A DNA stretch of 64,000 bases, taken from assembly GCA_040954595.2 (NCBI GenBank), contig CM082597.2:7646343-7710342 (forward strand), given 5' to 3'. The notes under the pieces were generated by a model. It worked only from the letters and a program-made list of their open reading frames with translations, had not been told where the DNA came from and searched no databases. Origin of the DNA: Balanoglossus misakiensis (lineage: Eukaryota; Animalia; Hemichordata). The position numbers and the translations under genes were made by a program. Shown here one piece after another: positions 1-13,671 of this stretch (positions within the stretch are counted from its first letter, which is position 1; the number at the start of each line of letters is the position of its first letter).

Positions 1-99
1 TCATTCATTCGTGAAAGAAATAAAGTAAGATGACGGACCACACCCTCGCAGTATACTCACCACCCCCCCCCCCACGGCGGCGGCTCGTGAGGTTACCAC

Positions 100-1004
100 A
101 CAATCCTCCTCTTCCTCCTCATCCTTCCTTCATCATCATCATCATCATCGTCATCCTCATCATCATCTTTATCTTCTTCATCTTCATCCATCATCATACA
201 TCATCATCCCATCATCACCATCACACAAACATCATTATCATCATCATCATCATCTTCATCATCATCATCATCATCATCATCATCTTCATCTTCATCATCA
301 TCACAATCATCATCATCTTCATCTTCATTATCATCATCACAATCATCATCATCATCATCATATCATCATCATCATCTTCATCATCTTCTATCATCTTCCT
401 CTTCATCATCATCACCTTACATCCATACATACCTACAACCAAACCAACCAACAAACAAACAAACCTCCATCCATCATCATCATCATCATCATCATTATCA
501 TCTTCTTCATCATCATCATTATCATCATCATCATTTTCATCATCATCATCATCATTCATCAACATCATCACAATCATCATCATCATCTTCATCATCATCA
601 TCATCATCATCATCTTTATCTTCATCTTCTTCATCTTCATTATTATCACAATCATCATCATCATCATCACAATCATCATCATTATCATCATCTTCATCAT
701 TATCATCTTCATCATCATCACAATCATCATCTACATCATCATCACAATCATCACATCATCATCATCATTATCATCATCTTCATCATCATCTTCATCACCT
801 TACCGCCATACATACCTACAAACAAACAACAAACCTCCATCCATCATCATCATCATCTTTATCTTCATCTTCATCATCATCATCATCATTCCATCATAAT
901 CTTCATCATCATCACAATCATCATCATCTTCATCTTCATCATCTTCATCACCTTACCTCCAAACATACCTACAAACAAACAAACCAACATACAAACAAAC
1001 AAAC

Positions 1005-1040
<36 letters not shown>

Positions 1041-1070
1041 TTCATCAACATCATCACAATCATCATCATC

Positions 1071-1103
<33 letters not shown>

Positions 1104-2342
1104 TTTATCTTCTTCATCTTCTTCATCTTCATTATTATCACAATCATCATCACAATCACCATCATCACAATTATCATCATCATCATCATCATCACAATCA
1201 TCATCATTATCATCATCATCATCATCATTCCATCATAATCTTCTTCATCATCATCACAATCATCATCATCATCTTCATCTTCATCATCATCATCATCATC
1301 ACCTTACCTCCATACATACCTACAAACAAACCAAAAAAACAAACAAACAAACCTTCATCCATCATCATCATCATCTTAATCATCATCATCATCATCATCA
1401 TCTATATCTCATTCATCTTCTTCATCTTCATCATCATCACAATCATCATCACAATCATCATCATCATCACAATCATCATTATCATCATCATCTTCATCTT
1501 TATCATCATCACAATCATCATCATCTTCATTATCATCTCACAATCTTCATCATCATCATAATAATCATCATCATCATCTTTATCATCATCTTCATCATCA
1601 TCATCATCATCATCTTCATCATCATCATCATCATCATATTTATTTTCTTCATCTTCTTCATCTTCATAATCATACATACCTACAAACAAACCCAAAAAAC
1701 AAACAAACAAACCTTCATCCATCATCATCATCATCATCTTAATCATCATCATCATCTATATCTCATTCATCTTCTTCATCTTCATCATCATCACAATCAT
1801 CATCACAATCATCATCATCATCACAATCATCATTATCATCATCATCTTCATCTTTATCATCATCACAAATCATCATCATCTTCATTATCATCATCACAAT
1901 CTTCATCATCATCATAATAATCATCATCATCATCTTTATCATCATCTTCATCATCATCATCATCATCATCTTCATCATCATCATCATCATCATCTTTATT
2001 TTCTTCATCTTCTTCATCTTCATAATCATCACAATCATCATCACAATCATCATCATCACAATCATCATTATCATCATCATTTTCATCATCATTATCATCT
2101 TCATCATCACAATCATCATCATCTTCATCTTCATCACCTTACCTCCATACATACCTACAAACAAACAAACAAACAAACCTCCATCCATCATCATTATCAT
2201 CTTCATCTTCATCATCTTCATCTTCATCATCATCATCATTCCATCATAATCTTCATCATCATCACAATCATCATCATCTTCATCTTCATCATCTTCATCA
2301 CCTTACCTCCATACATACCTACAAACAAACAAACCAACAAAC

Positions 2343-2374
<32 letters not shown>

Positions 2375-3355
2375 TTTCATCAACATCATCACAATCATCA
2401 ACATCATCTTCATCATTATCATCATCATCATCTATATCTTCTTCCTCTTCATTATCATCACAATCATCATCATCATCAACTTCATCATCATCATCTTTAT
2501 CATCATCTTTATCATCATCACCTATATCATCATCACAATCATCATCTTCATCATCATCACAATCATCATCATCACAATCATCATCATCATCACAATCATC
2601 ATCATTATCATCATCTTCATCATCATCATCTTTATCATCATCTTCATCATCATCATCTTCATCATCATCTTCATCATCTTCATCACCTTACCTCCATACA
2701 TACCTACAAACAAACAAACAAACAAACAAACAAACCTCCATCCATCATCATCTTCATCTTCATCTTCATCATCTTCATCTTCATCATCATCATCATCATC
2801 ATCATCGTCTTCATCATCATCATCATCATCTTTATCTTCTTCATCTTCAACTTCATCATCATCACAATAATCATCATCACAATCATCATCATCACAAACA
2901 TCATTATCATCTTCATCATCTTCATCATCATCATCTTCATCATCATCATCCATCATCATCATCATCATCACCATCATCATCATCTTCATTATCATCATCA
3001 CAATCATCATCATCATCACAATCATCATCTACATCATCATCATCATTATCATCATCTTCATCATCATCTTCACCATCTTCATCACCTTACCTCCATACAT
3101 ACCTACAAACAAACAAACAAACAAACAAACCTCCATCCATCATCATCATCATCATCATCATCATCTTCATCTTCATCATCTTCATCATCATCATCATTCC
3201 ATCATAATCTTCATCATCATCACAATCTTCATCATCTCCATCTTCATCATCATCACCTTACCTCCATACATACCTACAAACAAACCAACCAACAAACAAA
3301 CAAACCTACATCCATCATCATCATTATCATCTTCATCATCATCATCATCATCATT

Positions 3356-3398
<43 letters not shown>

Positions 3399-5895
3399 CC
3401 ATCTTTATCTTCTTCATCTTCTTCATCATCATTATTATCACAATCATCATCATCATCATCATTACAATCATCATCTTCATCATCATCACAATCATCATCT
3501 ACATCATCATCATCATTATCATCATCATTATCATCATCTTCATCATCTTCATCATCTTCATCACCTTACCTCCATACATACCTACAAACAAACAAACAAA
3601 CAAACCTCCATCCATCATCATCATCATCATCATCTTCATCTTCATCATCATCATCATTCCATCATAATCTTAATCATCATCACAATCATCATCATCTTCA
3701 TCTTCATCATCATCATCACCTTACCTCCATTCATATCTACAAACAAACAAACCTCCATCATCATCATCATCATCATTTTCATCATCATCATCATCATTTC
3801 ATCAACATCATCACAATCATCATTATCATCATCATCATCTTCATCATCAACTTCATCATCATCACCATCTTTATCTTCTTTATCTTCATCTTCATCATCA
3901 TCACAATCATCATTATCATCTTCATCATCTTCATCATCATCGTCATCATCATCATCATCTTTATCTTCTTATCTTCATCTTCATCATCATCACAATCATC
4001 ATCTTCATCATCACAATCATTCATCTACATCTTCATCATCATCTTCATCATCTTCATCACCTTACCTCCATACATACCTACAAACAAACAAACCTCCATC
4101 ATCATCATTATCATCATCATCATCATTAGTTTCATCATCATCATTTCATCAACATCATCACAATCATCATCATCTTCATCATCATCATCATCATCATCAA
4201 CTTCATCATCAACTTCATCATCATCTTCATCATCATCATCACCTTACCTCCATACATACCTACAAACAAACAAACAAACAAACCTCCATCCATCATCATC
4301 ATCTTCATTATCATCCTCACAATCATCATCATCATCTTCATCATCATCATCATCATCATCTTCATCATCATTCATCACCTTACCTCCATACATACCTACA
4401 AACAAACAAACCTCCATCCATCATCATCATCTTCATTATCATCCTCACAATCATCATCATCATCTTCATCAGCATCATCATCTTCTTCATCATCATCATC
4501 TTCATCATCATCTTCATCATCATCATCATAATCATCACCTCTCCTCCGTAACTACCTACAAACAAACAACCAACAAACAAACCTTCATCCATCATCTTCT
4601 TCATCTTCATCATCATCACAATCATCATCATCATCACAATCATCATTATCATCATCATCATCCTCTTCATCATCATCATCATCATCATCATCTTTATCTT
4701 CTTCATCTTCATCATCATCACAATCATCATCACAATCATCATCATCACAATCATTATCATCATCATCATCCTCTTCATCATCATCTTCATCTTCATCTTT
4801 ATCTGCATCATCATCACAATCATCATCACAATCATCATCATCACAATCATTATCATCATCATCATCCTCTTCATCATCATCTTCATCATCAACTTCATCA
4901 TCATCTTCATCATCATCATCACCTTACCTCCATACATACATACCTACAAACAAACAAACAAACAAACAAACCTCCATCCATCATCATCATCTTCATTATC
5001 ATCCTCACAATCATCTTCATCAACATCATCAACATCATCATCATCATCATCATCATCTTTTTCATCATCATCATCTTCATCATCATCATCATAATCATCT
5101 CCTTACCTCCATACATACCTACAAACAAACAAACAAACAAACAAACAAACCTCCATCCATCATCATCTCATCTTCATCTTCATTATTTTCATCATCATCA
5201 TCATCATTCCATCATAATCTTTATCATCATCATCACAATCATCATCATCATCTTCATCATCATCTTTATCTTCTTCATCTTCATCATCATCACAATCATC
5301 ATCACTATCATCATCATCACAATCATTATCATCATCATCATCCTCTTCATCATCATCTCATCATCAACTCATCATCATCTTCATCATCATCACCTTACCT
5401 CCATACATACCTACAAACCAACCAACAAACAAACCTTCATCCATCATCATCACTTTATCTTCTTCATCATCATCATCATCTTCATCTTTATCTTCATCAT
5501 CATCACAATCATCATCACAATCATCATCATCACAATCATTATCATCATCATCATCCTCTTCATCATCATCTTCATCATCAACTTCATCATCATCTTCATC
5601 ATCATCATCACCTTACCTCCATACATACCTACAAACCAACCAACAAACAAACCTTCATCCATCATCATCATCTTCATCTTCTTCATCATCATCATCATCT
5701 TCATCTTTATCTTCATCATCCTCACAATCGTCATCTTCATTATCATCCTCACAATCATCATCATCTTCATCATCATCTTCATCATCATCATCTTAATCAT
5801 CATCATCCTCATCATCATCATCATCATCATCATCATAATCATCACCTTACCCCCATACATACCTACAAACAAACCAACCAACAAACAAACCATCA

Positions 5896-5934
<39 letters not shown>

Positions 5935-6750
5935 TTTATCTTCTTCATCTTCTTCATCTTCATCATCATCACAATCATCTATCATCAACATCATCTTAAT
6001 CATCATCATCTTTATCTTCTTCATCTTCTTCATCTTCATCATCATCACAATCATCATCACAATCATCATCACAATCATCATTATCATCAACATCATCTTC
6101 TCATCATCATCATCATCATCATCATCTTCATCATCATCATCATCATCATCTTCATCTTCATCGTCATCACAATCTTCATCATCTTCATTATCATCATCAC
6201 AATCATCATTATTATCATCATCATCATCTTCATCATCATCATCACCTTACCTCCATACATACCAACAAACAAACCAACCAACAAACAAACCTTCATCCAT
6301 CATCATCATCTTTATCATCATCATCATCATCATCATCATCATCTTCATCTTTATCTATATCTTCAACATCATCACAATCATCATCTTCATTATCATCCTC
6401 ACAATCATCATCATCATCATCATAATCATCATCATCTTTATCTTCTTCATCTTCTTCATCTTCATCATCATCACAATCATCATCTTCATCATTATCATCT
6501 TCATCATCATCACAATCATCATCTTCATCATACATACCAACAAACAAACAAACCAACAAACAAACAAACCTCTATCCATCCATCACAATCATCTTCATCA
6601 TAATTATCATCACAATCAGTATTATCATCATCACCTTACCTCCATACATACCTTCAAACAAACAAACAAACAAACCTCCATCATCATCATCATTATCACA
6701 ATCATCATCATCACAATCATCATCGTCAACCAACCTCCATACATACAAAC
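100..6750. repeat. Compound (CAT)n microsatellite-derived tandem array with a recurring cassette CACCTTACCTCCATACATACCTAC(AAAC)nCTCCATCC
   Basis: Degenerate CAT/CTT/CAA triplet runs are interrupted about every 130-430 bp by the same ~45 bp cassette (about 25 copies, e.g. near 413, 797, 950, 1300, 2135, 2300, 2684, 3083, 4240, 5843, 6632). The poly-Ile/Met/Asp ORFs here are by-products of the triplet repeat. Confidence 0.95.
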
Positions 6751-6809
6751 ACACAAACTACCACACTCCTACAGACTGCCATATTTCATACCCACTACAA
6801 TAATTCTAC

Positions 6810-7040
6810 ATTTAGATTCCATTCGAATCTAAATGTAGAATGTTTTCAATTTTATCTTCACAGAAATATCTACAAGAACAAGGTTTTGAAGAAACTGGGT
6901 AAAGTTGACAGCGAGCTTTGTAACTTCTGTTCCGAATACCCTGATTCTATATTACATCGATTATGGTTTTGCTCAGTTGTGAAAGCTTTTTGGAGGGAAT
7001 ATTGTATTTATTTGATGATTTTAACATTGATATACAACTT
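6810..7040 (+). mobile_element. LINE (L1/Tx1-like) ORF2 C-terminal fragment, zinc-knuckle region
   Basis: ORF 6886-7098 contains KLGKVDSELCNFCSEYPDSILHRLWFCSVVKAFW, the CxxC-x8-H-x4-C..FW motif of the L1/Tx1 ORF2 C-terminus. Short and degenerate. Confidence 0.7.
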
Positions 7041-7719
7041 GAGGCCAAACAAAAAAGTATATGCTGTTCCTATAACTTGGTTTACAGATACAGGGTAGTT
7101 GGCATAGGAAGGTTTTTGTACTGTGCAATATTGTTATATCTTAGGCCACTGTAGTGTAGAAGAATGACGTCATAGTCGTTGTGCGTTTCGCACAATTTTC
7201 ATATTTTTTGCATTTGAAATTGTTATTTTTACTTCCAGTTTAAGAAGCTCTAAAAAGTTTAGGATCGGCGGGCTTAAATTAGTATAGATATGGTACATCT
7301 ACTTATTCTTGCCAAAAATGTATATGTTAGTCATTTTAAAAACCCTCAGAGACTTGTATGACACAATTACATGAACATGGTAACAGAAGTCGAATATTGT
7401 ATTGCATTGAAAAATGGAACACTTGAGAAACACCAGTGTAAATGCATCTGTTAAACGGATTTCAACTCCGCAGCCTTGCTTTCTTTTTCGTCCTAATCTC
7501 TATCCTTTGTCTTTTTTGTGTACCGTAGTTTTTTGATCTGTTTTATGTACTTATTTTGTTTTGCATTATTATTATTAAAATCCGTTGTTGATGAATATTG
7601 TCTTGTTTTCATTTACAGGTTCTGAACAATTTAGGTAGTCTAGTATCTAGCCATTTTCTGTCCGCTTTGCTTCCAAATCTACGTCTATCGTCATGCATGT
7701 CACTGGCCCTGCCTCATAC

Positions 7720-7880
7720 CCCTGAAGTGTTTCGGGCAATATTTACGGCTTGCATGTAGCTACAGTTGCCCAAATGTTTCTTATATTTTCATTATGTAGT
7801 ATTCCATGATAAATGTACGGGAAAAATGGGCAATTTTCGATGATGAAAAATGGATAAACACGAGAAAAACTGGGGCTTTA
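7720..7880 (-). mobile_element. Terminal fragment of a TTAA-flanked (Kolobok-like) MITE family, inverted copy of 52679-52835
   Basis: 7720-7880 is a diverged reverse complement of 52679-52835 and ends in ACTGGGGCT-TTAA. Confidence 0.7.
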
Positions 7881-8789
7881 AGGAAATGCATTATACTCTG
7901 TGTGTGTGTCTCCATTGATATGCGTCACATTTATCAGCCCGTTGAAATAATCATCAGATGAAATTTTTGGTTAGATTGAAAATAATTTTACTTTCCAAAC
8001 AATATAAGCTCAGTCTCACTGATGACATAAAGCCATACAATACAGTCATACATTCGGAGATCACAAACGCAGCTTGTCTAGCTGCAGATGGGAAGTGTAG
8101 GCAGAAATCGGAAAGAATATAACACTTCAATTTATGATCATCTCTAATGTGATAATTTCATTGGTCGACTTCCAAATACAGTGATATTTTCCATATGTTG
8201 AAGATATCTGAACAGCTCTATCAAAACCTGTTGTGAAAATTGAAAAAAAACGACAATTTTGCAAGTGTTTACTCAAAATTCTACATATATTCTAATTAAA
8301 AATGGGGCAAAAGCGGGACCACGAAACCAGGTTGCAGGACGACTAAATTATTTTATTTACTGATATGGGGACAGAGTAGATTCAAAATGGATATACTCAC
8401 CCCTGCTCGAAATGTGAAGAGACTCTTTGCTCTCTGTGAAAGCTAACAACAAACGCATCAACATGCATTAATTATGATACTACTTGGGAGTTAATGATGA
8501 CCTTTCATCTAGGAGAGAAGTCCACAATGGAGGTTTTTTCATCAGAAAATGGTGAAAAGTTTGTTTGCATGTAATATTGATTACCATAACCAAATCACAT
8601 TAGCCTATGGATGGGCAGCTTTTCAAAAATACCGTAAATGAGTTGTTTTTTCATGATCTTCGGGGGGGGGGGGGAACTATTCGTGGGTCGACAACACGTC
8701 AAATGAAATTATTGTAATGCCCAGCCTTTGAAAAATGCGGGTCCTAATAATATTGTTACAGCTTCTCATGTAAATGGTACTGTAATTGT

Positions 8790-9050
8790 TTTCATGAAAC
8801 ATTGAACAACAAAATACCAGCTGTATGTTCTATTATTCATGAGAAGATGACCGATATCCTTGTAGTAAGGAAATCCTGGCTGAGTGACTCAAAACAGCAT
8901 TTGACTATGATGAACTTCGGTCATCGTTGATTGGTTATAATATCTACAACTCTCCTGGTGCATCTCGTAGAGGTGGCGGAGTGGCAGTAATTGTGCGGAT
9001 AAATCTAACCACCAATGTTTCAACAAACTATAGTTTCTCATCTTTTGAAT
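8790..9050 (+). mobile_element. LINE (CR1/L2-group) apurinic endonuclease domain fragment
   Basis: Manual translation across one frameshift gives TLNNKIPAVCSIIHEKMTDILVVRKSWLSDS...LIGYNIYNSPGASRRGGGVAVIVR, matching the NK..DI..(E)xWL..GY..RRGGGVA motifs of APE-type LINE endonucleases. Confidence 0.65.
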
Positions 9051-9129
9051 AAAAGATTTACGTAGTTCTAGTGGAACTAGTCGTGTCCCTGGCCCTAAAT
9101 ACATACAAATCATTGAAACGATTAATATA

Positions 9130-9955
9130 ATTGCCAATTCATATCACAAAGCAATAGTTGGTAGTCAAACAATGCGGTGACAAAGTAAATAGGTTTATAA
9201 CAGAGGTTAAATTAATCTATGCTCTACAGATACATTTTCAGAGAACTTTTAAATAAATTCCTTGATTAAATTGATTTTATTTGTGTAGGAATTTCATTCC
9301 AATGCTTGGCAATAGAATAGTATAAATCATTTTGAGATGAAGTAAGTTTTACTTTGGGAAACGTAAAGTTATCAGAAGAGGCAAATCTTGTAAAATATTT
9401 GTGTGATACAAATGAAGCATAGCGATCTAGTGAGTGGGCATAATGCCCTGCCTTTAGATCACCCGCAAAACACAAGTTTGAAATTTACAGAGTTTGTAAA
9501 CATTAAGAATTCCAAGTTGCTGAAAAAGTGGTGCACTTTGTGTATTTGGGCTAGAAAATGTTATAAGTCTCACAAGTCTCTTTTGCAATTTGAAAATACA
9601 ATCGTAATAGGTTTCATACGCATTTCCCCATATTTCGATACAATACATTATATGGGGAAGGATAAGACAATTGTATAATAATAAAATTATAGACTTAGGG
9701 AGATCATGGCGTACATATGAAATAATACCGATTTTTTGGCGAACCTTCTTAAAAATTATGTGAGGTGAGACTTCCAGGATAATGATGAGTCAAGAGTAAC
9801 TCCAAGATAAACAGCAGATGAAACATTTTGTATTGGTAAATCAGAGAGATATAAATCCCCCTCAGGCTTAAACTTCGCCTGGGTTGTTTTGAAAATAACA
9901 TAGTTTGTTTTGTCAATATTAAAAGTAAGTTTATTTGACTTACACCAGATCTGCA
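9130..9955 (-). mobile_element. 5'-truncated CR1/L2-group LINE, C-terminal RT region
   Basis: Minus-strand ORF pieces WCKSNKLTFNIDKTNYVIF...YLGVTLDSSLSWKSH (9756-9956), YCIEIWGNAY...KLQKRLVRLITFS...APLFQQLGIL (9454-9648) and KHWNEIPTQIK (9266-9475) are typical CR1/L2 ORF2 C-terminal motifs. Frameshifted. Confidence 0.85.
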
Positions 9956-11357
9956 CTTATAGTTATATAAGATCACTTGGAGTACCATGTATCCAATACA
10001 TTGATGATAAGCATGGTGGAGTCTTGAAATTACCATCGGAAAATACAAATGATTGGGACGAGTATAAACGCGCCCAAGCAGCAGCGTATATCATGTATAG
10101 TGTGTGTATAGCAGCAGGTTACTTTATTGCTATTGAGAAAAGCGTAATGTCGCCTGTACAATCCCTCGTTATGTTGGGCCTCACAGTTGATTCCGTGGCA
10201 CAATCGTTTTCCATCCCCGAGAATAAGAAAGGTAAAATTATAGATTTAGTTAACGGAGCATTATGCCAAAGAGCAGTCACAATACAAATGTTGCAGAAAA
10301 TTATGGGTAAATGTATTTCGTTTGCTTTGGAAATCCCATGTGCCAGGTTATATATTAGACACATGGCGTATGACATTGGTCGAGCGCAGTTCCATGCAAG
10401 AACCCTGATTAACATCACTGGGCAATAGAGGGAAGAATTAAATGAATGGAAATTAATTGTAGATAAATCCGGTCAGTTTAGTTGGCCCAAAGAGAAACAC
10501 ATGGGTATAAAGTTGTTCACAGATGCAAGCTCCTTTAGATGGGGTGCAATATTGTATTTAAATGGCAGGAGATTGGTGATCGGAGATATGTGGGCAGATG
10601 CGTGGAAAGAGCAACCAATTATTAGGAAGGAGGCAGACGCGATATCACGTGCCCTCACTGCTCTATGCGAGCACATAAATGATAGCCGGGTCGATCTTTT
10701 AATTGACGCCTTGCCAGTAGTACAAGCGTGGAATAATGGTCTCCCAGGTGCTCGCTCACTACACCTTAATGAAATTCTTAAGAGAATTTTCCTGTTCTGT
10801 TTTGACCACAATATCCGCCTCTCCCTCATTCATGTGCCATCTAACGACAATGAGGCCGATGCGCCCTCTAGAGATACGTCGTTAGCGAATTGCACTTTGT
10901 TCCCTAAGACGTGGAAACAGTTGGATGCAACATTTGGTCCACATCATATTGACGCAATGGCCAATCGTACCAACTCTCTGCTACCGAGGTTCGTCTCCCC
11001 CTATTCCCCAGACAGGTAGTGAGGGTGTTAATTTCTTCCAGCACTGCTTTGATACAAGCGAGAGAATATATGTGTACCCGCCATTTGTAATGGTGCACCC
11101 AGTATTAAAACATATTGTTGATAATAATTTGATGGCCACAGTAATCGTACCCAGGCAACGTTTTCTACAGTCATATTGGCCAATGGTGAAGCAGAAGGCG
11201 AGTGGGATAATCACACTGGGAAGCAGAGGAGATAAGGGTATAATTAAGGCGCCTTCAAAGAATTGATATGTCGACCATCCTCTCCCATGTGATTTACTTG
11301 TTGTCACATTTAAAGGATCGGGAAATAACATATTTTTAGTGAATGTGATACAATAAT
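9955..11357 (+). pseudogene. DIRS pol: reverse transcriptase (partial), RNase H, N6-adenine methyltransferase-like domain
   Basis: ORFs 9910-10428 and 10501-11019 are in the same frame, separated by one TAG at 10426-10428. A frameshift near 11000 leads into ORF 10925-11266 (YVYPPF). A further in-frame TGA lies at 11264-11266. Confidence 0.85.
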
Positions 11358-11503
11358 AAGGGTTATAACCCGGGTAATAAGTATATAACTTTGCATACAT
11401 ATAGAAAGAGGTGTGTGCGCACATATGTAATAATAAAGTATCATGATAAATATTGATCAAATAAATAAATTGAACAATTAGATAAATACATTTTGTTTAC
11501 TCG

Positions 11504-12807
11504 TTGACTTACCCGTACTCAACCCGATTGCACCTGCAGGTATGTTGGATATGTGGAACTAGTAACCCCAGGGAATGTCAATGTTGTGTTATGTGCAACT
11601 CCAAACTGATGGAAAACAGAGTACGACAAGGTGATACAATACCAAACATGCAAGCCATTGATCAACGCATGCAAGAATTGCTGGGCGAACGATCACCATA
11701 TGAGGTTCAAAAAGATAGGTTGGTCCAGCAATTTGAAAAGTTTCTGTCCACATTACCGATACCAAAACCTGTATTGATGGCAAACCCAGATGATATTGTA
11801 CGTTTTCTTAAATATAAGGATAAGGATGCAAACACCCAGGTACATTACATCACCTACCAGTTTCTAGGGCAATCCGGTCACAAGCCATGTATGTGCCCCC
11901 AACGTTTGAGATTTGGGACAGTTAAAAATATGGTATCAAAATTGCCATCATACTTCCAGGCTGTACACGGAGAAAAACGGGCTAGGAGCTCAGCCAACTC
12001 GGTTATGGTGCATCGGTACATGAAGAAAATGTCTGAAGAACAGGCGAACGGGCATGTAACATCTAAACTGGCCAAACCCATCTTCCTACAAAAAATGACG
12101 AAAGTGTTTGAATATCTGTTAGCGAAGTTACAAGAAGCCACATCCCCGTCACAAATATACATATACGCTAGGGACCTGGCGTTATTCAAATTACTATTTT
12201 TCTCTGGTGATAGGGCAGGTGATCTGGGTCAACTGAAAACCCAAGAGATATTGCGGTTTCCTGGCAACTCAGCCACACCTATGGCAAAACTTTGAGAGGT
12301 GCATCATCCAACATGTTTGCTCTTAAGCGCTGCCAGAATGTTAGTATGTGCCCTGTCAATACCTTGGAGAGCTATGTGTCGTTGGCAAAGGAGATAGGGA
12401 TAGATCTTACCACTGGATATATGTTTCGGCCAACTACACCTGCTGGGGAAATACAGCAAAAACTGCTATCCTCCCAAGTAGCCAACCAACGGTTGAAAAC
12501 ATATCTCCAAGAGTTAAAAATGGATGAAGGTGAGACACATGGCTGTAGGAGCGCATGCGCAGTCACACTCTCGCTGGCTGGAGCTGACATGAAGGATGTA
12601 ATGAGCCATGTTGGTTGGAGAACAGAGGGTACTGCGAACCATTACACAAGATTAGCCGCTATATCCCGGGTTGCAGCATCAGCAAACAAGATGCAGGAGA
12701 TAGTAGACAACCCACTGAGCACAGATTGGTATGAAGGAACCAATGAATTATTGGGATATAACATAGCCTTTGGACCCAATGTCAGCAGTGTAGCTCAACT
12801 TGAATAA
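11504..12807 (+). pseudogene. Tyrosine recombinase (phage-integrase family) with N-terminal Cys-rich zinc ribbon, frameshifted
   Basis: CWICGTSNPRECQCCVMC zinc ribbon; catalytic motifs FFSGDRAGDL (R), HGCR (HxxR) and HVGW...HY (W, Y). A frameshift or deletion near 12270 joins ORF 11504-12295 to SHTYGKTLRG/ORF 12292-12807. Confidence 0.88.
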
Positions 12808-12926
12808 AAAAACTATCACGCAATACGGTGTCTCTGGATGTATGTTTAAGTGTTGGGAATGAGGAATGGGAAGATTGGGAGATTTTAATGGGGATTTTAA
12901 GGGAAGGGCGACAAAGGCGAGATGGA

Positions 12927-13347
12927 CAGCATCCACACCCTGGTTCCAATACTAAATAATAGATAAAATCATTGAGCGGAGAGATGGGGCTGTAAATAAT
13001 ATATAATTCACAGCCCATCACGCAGCGATAACCATCCATATTATGCTAATAAGTAATGCATATTCATGAGCATGCCTATATAAGCCAGAAATCAACGTGG
13101 CCGGTGCTCATTTCCTCAATCAAGACGTAAGGGATGACAAAGTGGAAACTAATGGAACAACAGAAGAGACATAACGGGGGATAGTTAAGGATTTGAGTCT
13201 CCAAGGATTTCCGGAAAGCCCGCCCACCCACCCCTTCCATATGTACTATTTCTCCATTCAATATTACCAGCATCCACACCCTGGTTCCAAAACTTAATAA
13301 TAGATAAAATCATTGAGCGGAGAGATGGGGCTGTAAATAATATATAA
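12927..13347 (+). repeat. Split direct repeats of the YR retrotransposon (B1 12927-13006, putative A2 13007-13267, B2 13268-13347)
   Basis: CAGCATCCACACCCTGGTTCCAA...GAGATGGGGCTGTAAATAATATATAA occurs twice with 2 mismatches in 80 bp. Confidence 0.85.
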
Positions 13348-13422
13348 CTGTTAAGCGAATCCTGCACAATTGTGGATACATGCACCACATAAGCCCTCAC
13401 TATTATTATTATTTTATGACAG

Positions 13423-13572
13423 GCAATGCTCTGGTGTTAATGATAGTGATGTTGGTGTGGGATTTGGAACTGGACAAGAAAGTGGGCAACGTCTTTGAAC
13501 CAATCAACTACCTGCAATTATTGATCACTGTAGAAGTGGTGATTGTATTACCCTGCATCATTCTATACATTT
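13423..13572 (+). CDS. TMEM192: Internal exon of a TMEM192-like lysosomal membrane protein (TM3-TM4 region)
   Basis: ag|GCAATG...TACATTT|gtaag, 150 bp, phase 1-1. Encodes GNALVLMIVMLVW...NYLQLLITVEVVIVLPCIILYI, resembling recalled TMEM192 GNTVLLLIL...LAILALELICSLICLLIY. Confidence 0.65.
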
Positions 13573-13671
13573 GTAAGAATATTACAGCAAGACTTAATTG
13601 TTTTAAATATGTAAATACCTATCATCACTCTAGAGGTTATATATTGTGTTTGCTAAATGTCTCAAGTTGCT

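Larger units (their letters stand above)
9955..13347 (+). mobile_element. DIRS-order tyrosine-recombinase retrotransposon (PAT/Ngaro-type split direct repeats), 5'-truncated and decayed
   Basis: RT (CIQYIDD), RNase H (LFTDASSFRWGA...NEADAPSR), DIRS methyltransferase-like region (HIDAMANRTNSLLPRF...IYVYPPF) and a tyrosine recombinase lie in tandem. They are followed by an 80 bp direct repeat at 12927-13006 and 13268-13347. Gag and the 5' repeat are missing. Confidence 0.9.

Noticed and set aside
410-6750. CRISPR-like repeat/spacer periodicity
   Set aside because: The spacers are low-complexity triplet runs of variable length, the context is eukaryotic and there are no cas genes.
30-6754. Long poly-Ile/Ser/His and poly-Met/Asp ORFs
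   Set aside because: These are frame-open artefacts of (CAT)n repeats; frames shift arbitrarily between units.
8010-8105. Possible upstream TMEM192 exon (IKPYNTV...)
   Set aside because: No convincing splice sites or hydrophobic TM segment; the similarity is too weak.
11504-12807. Prophage or integron integrase, or a bacterial RT-based defence system
   Set aside because: The order RT-RNaseH-MT-YR with split direct repeats is explained by a DIRS-order retrotransposon.
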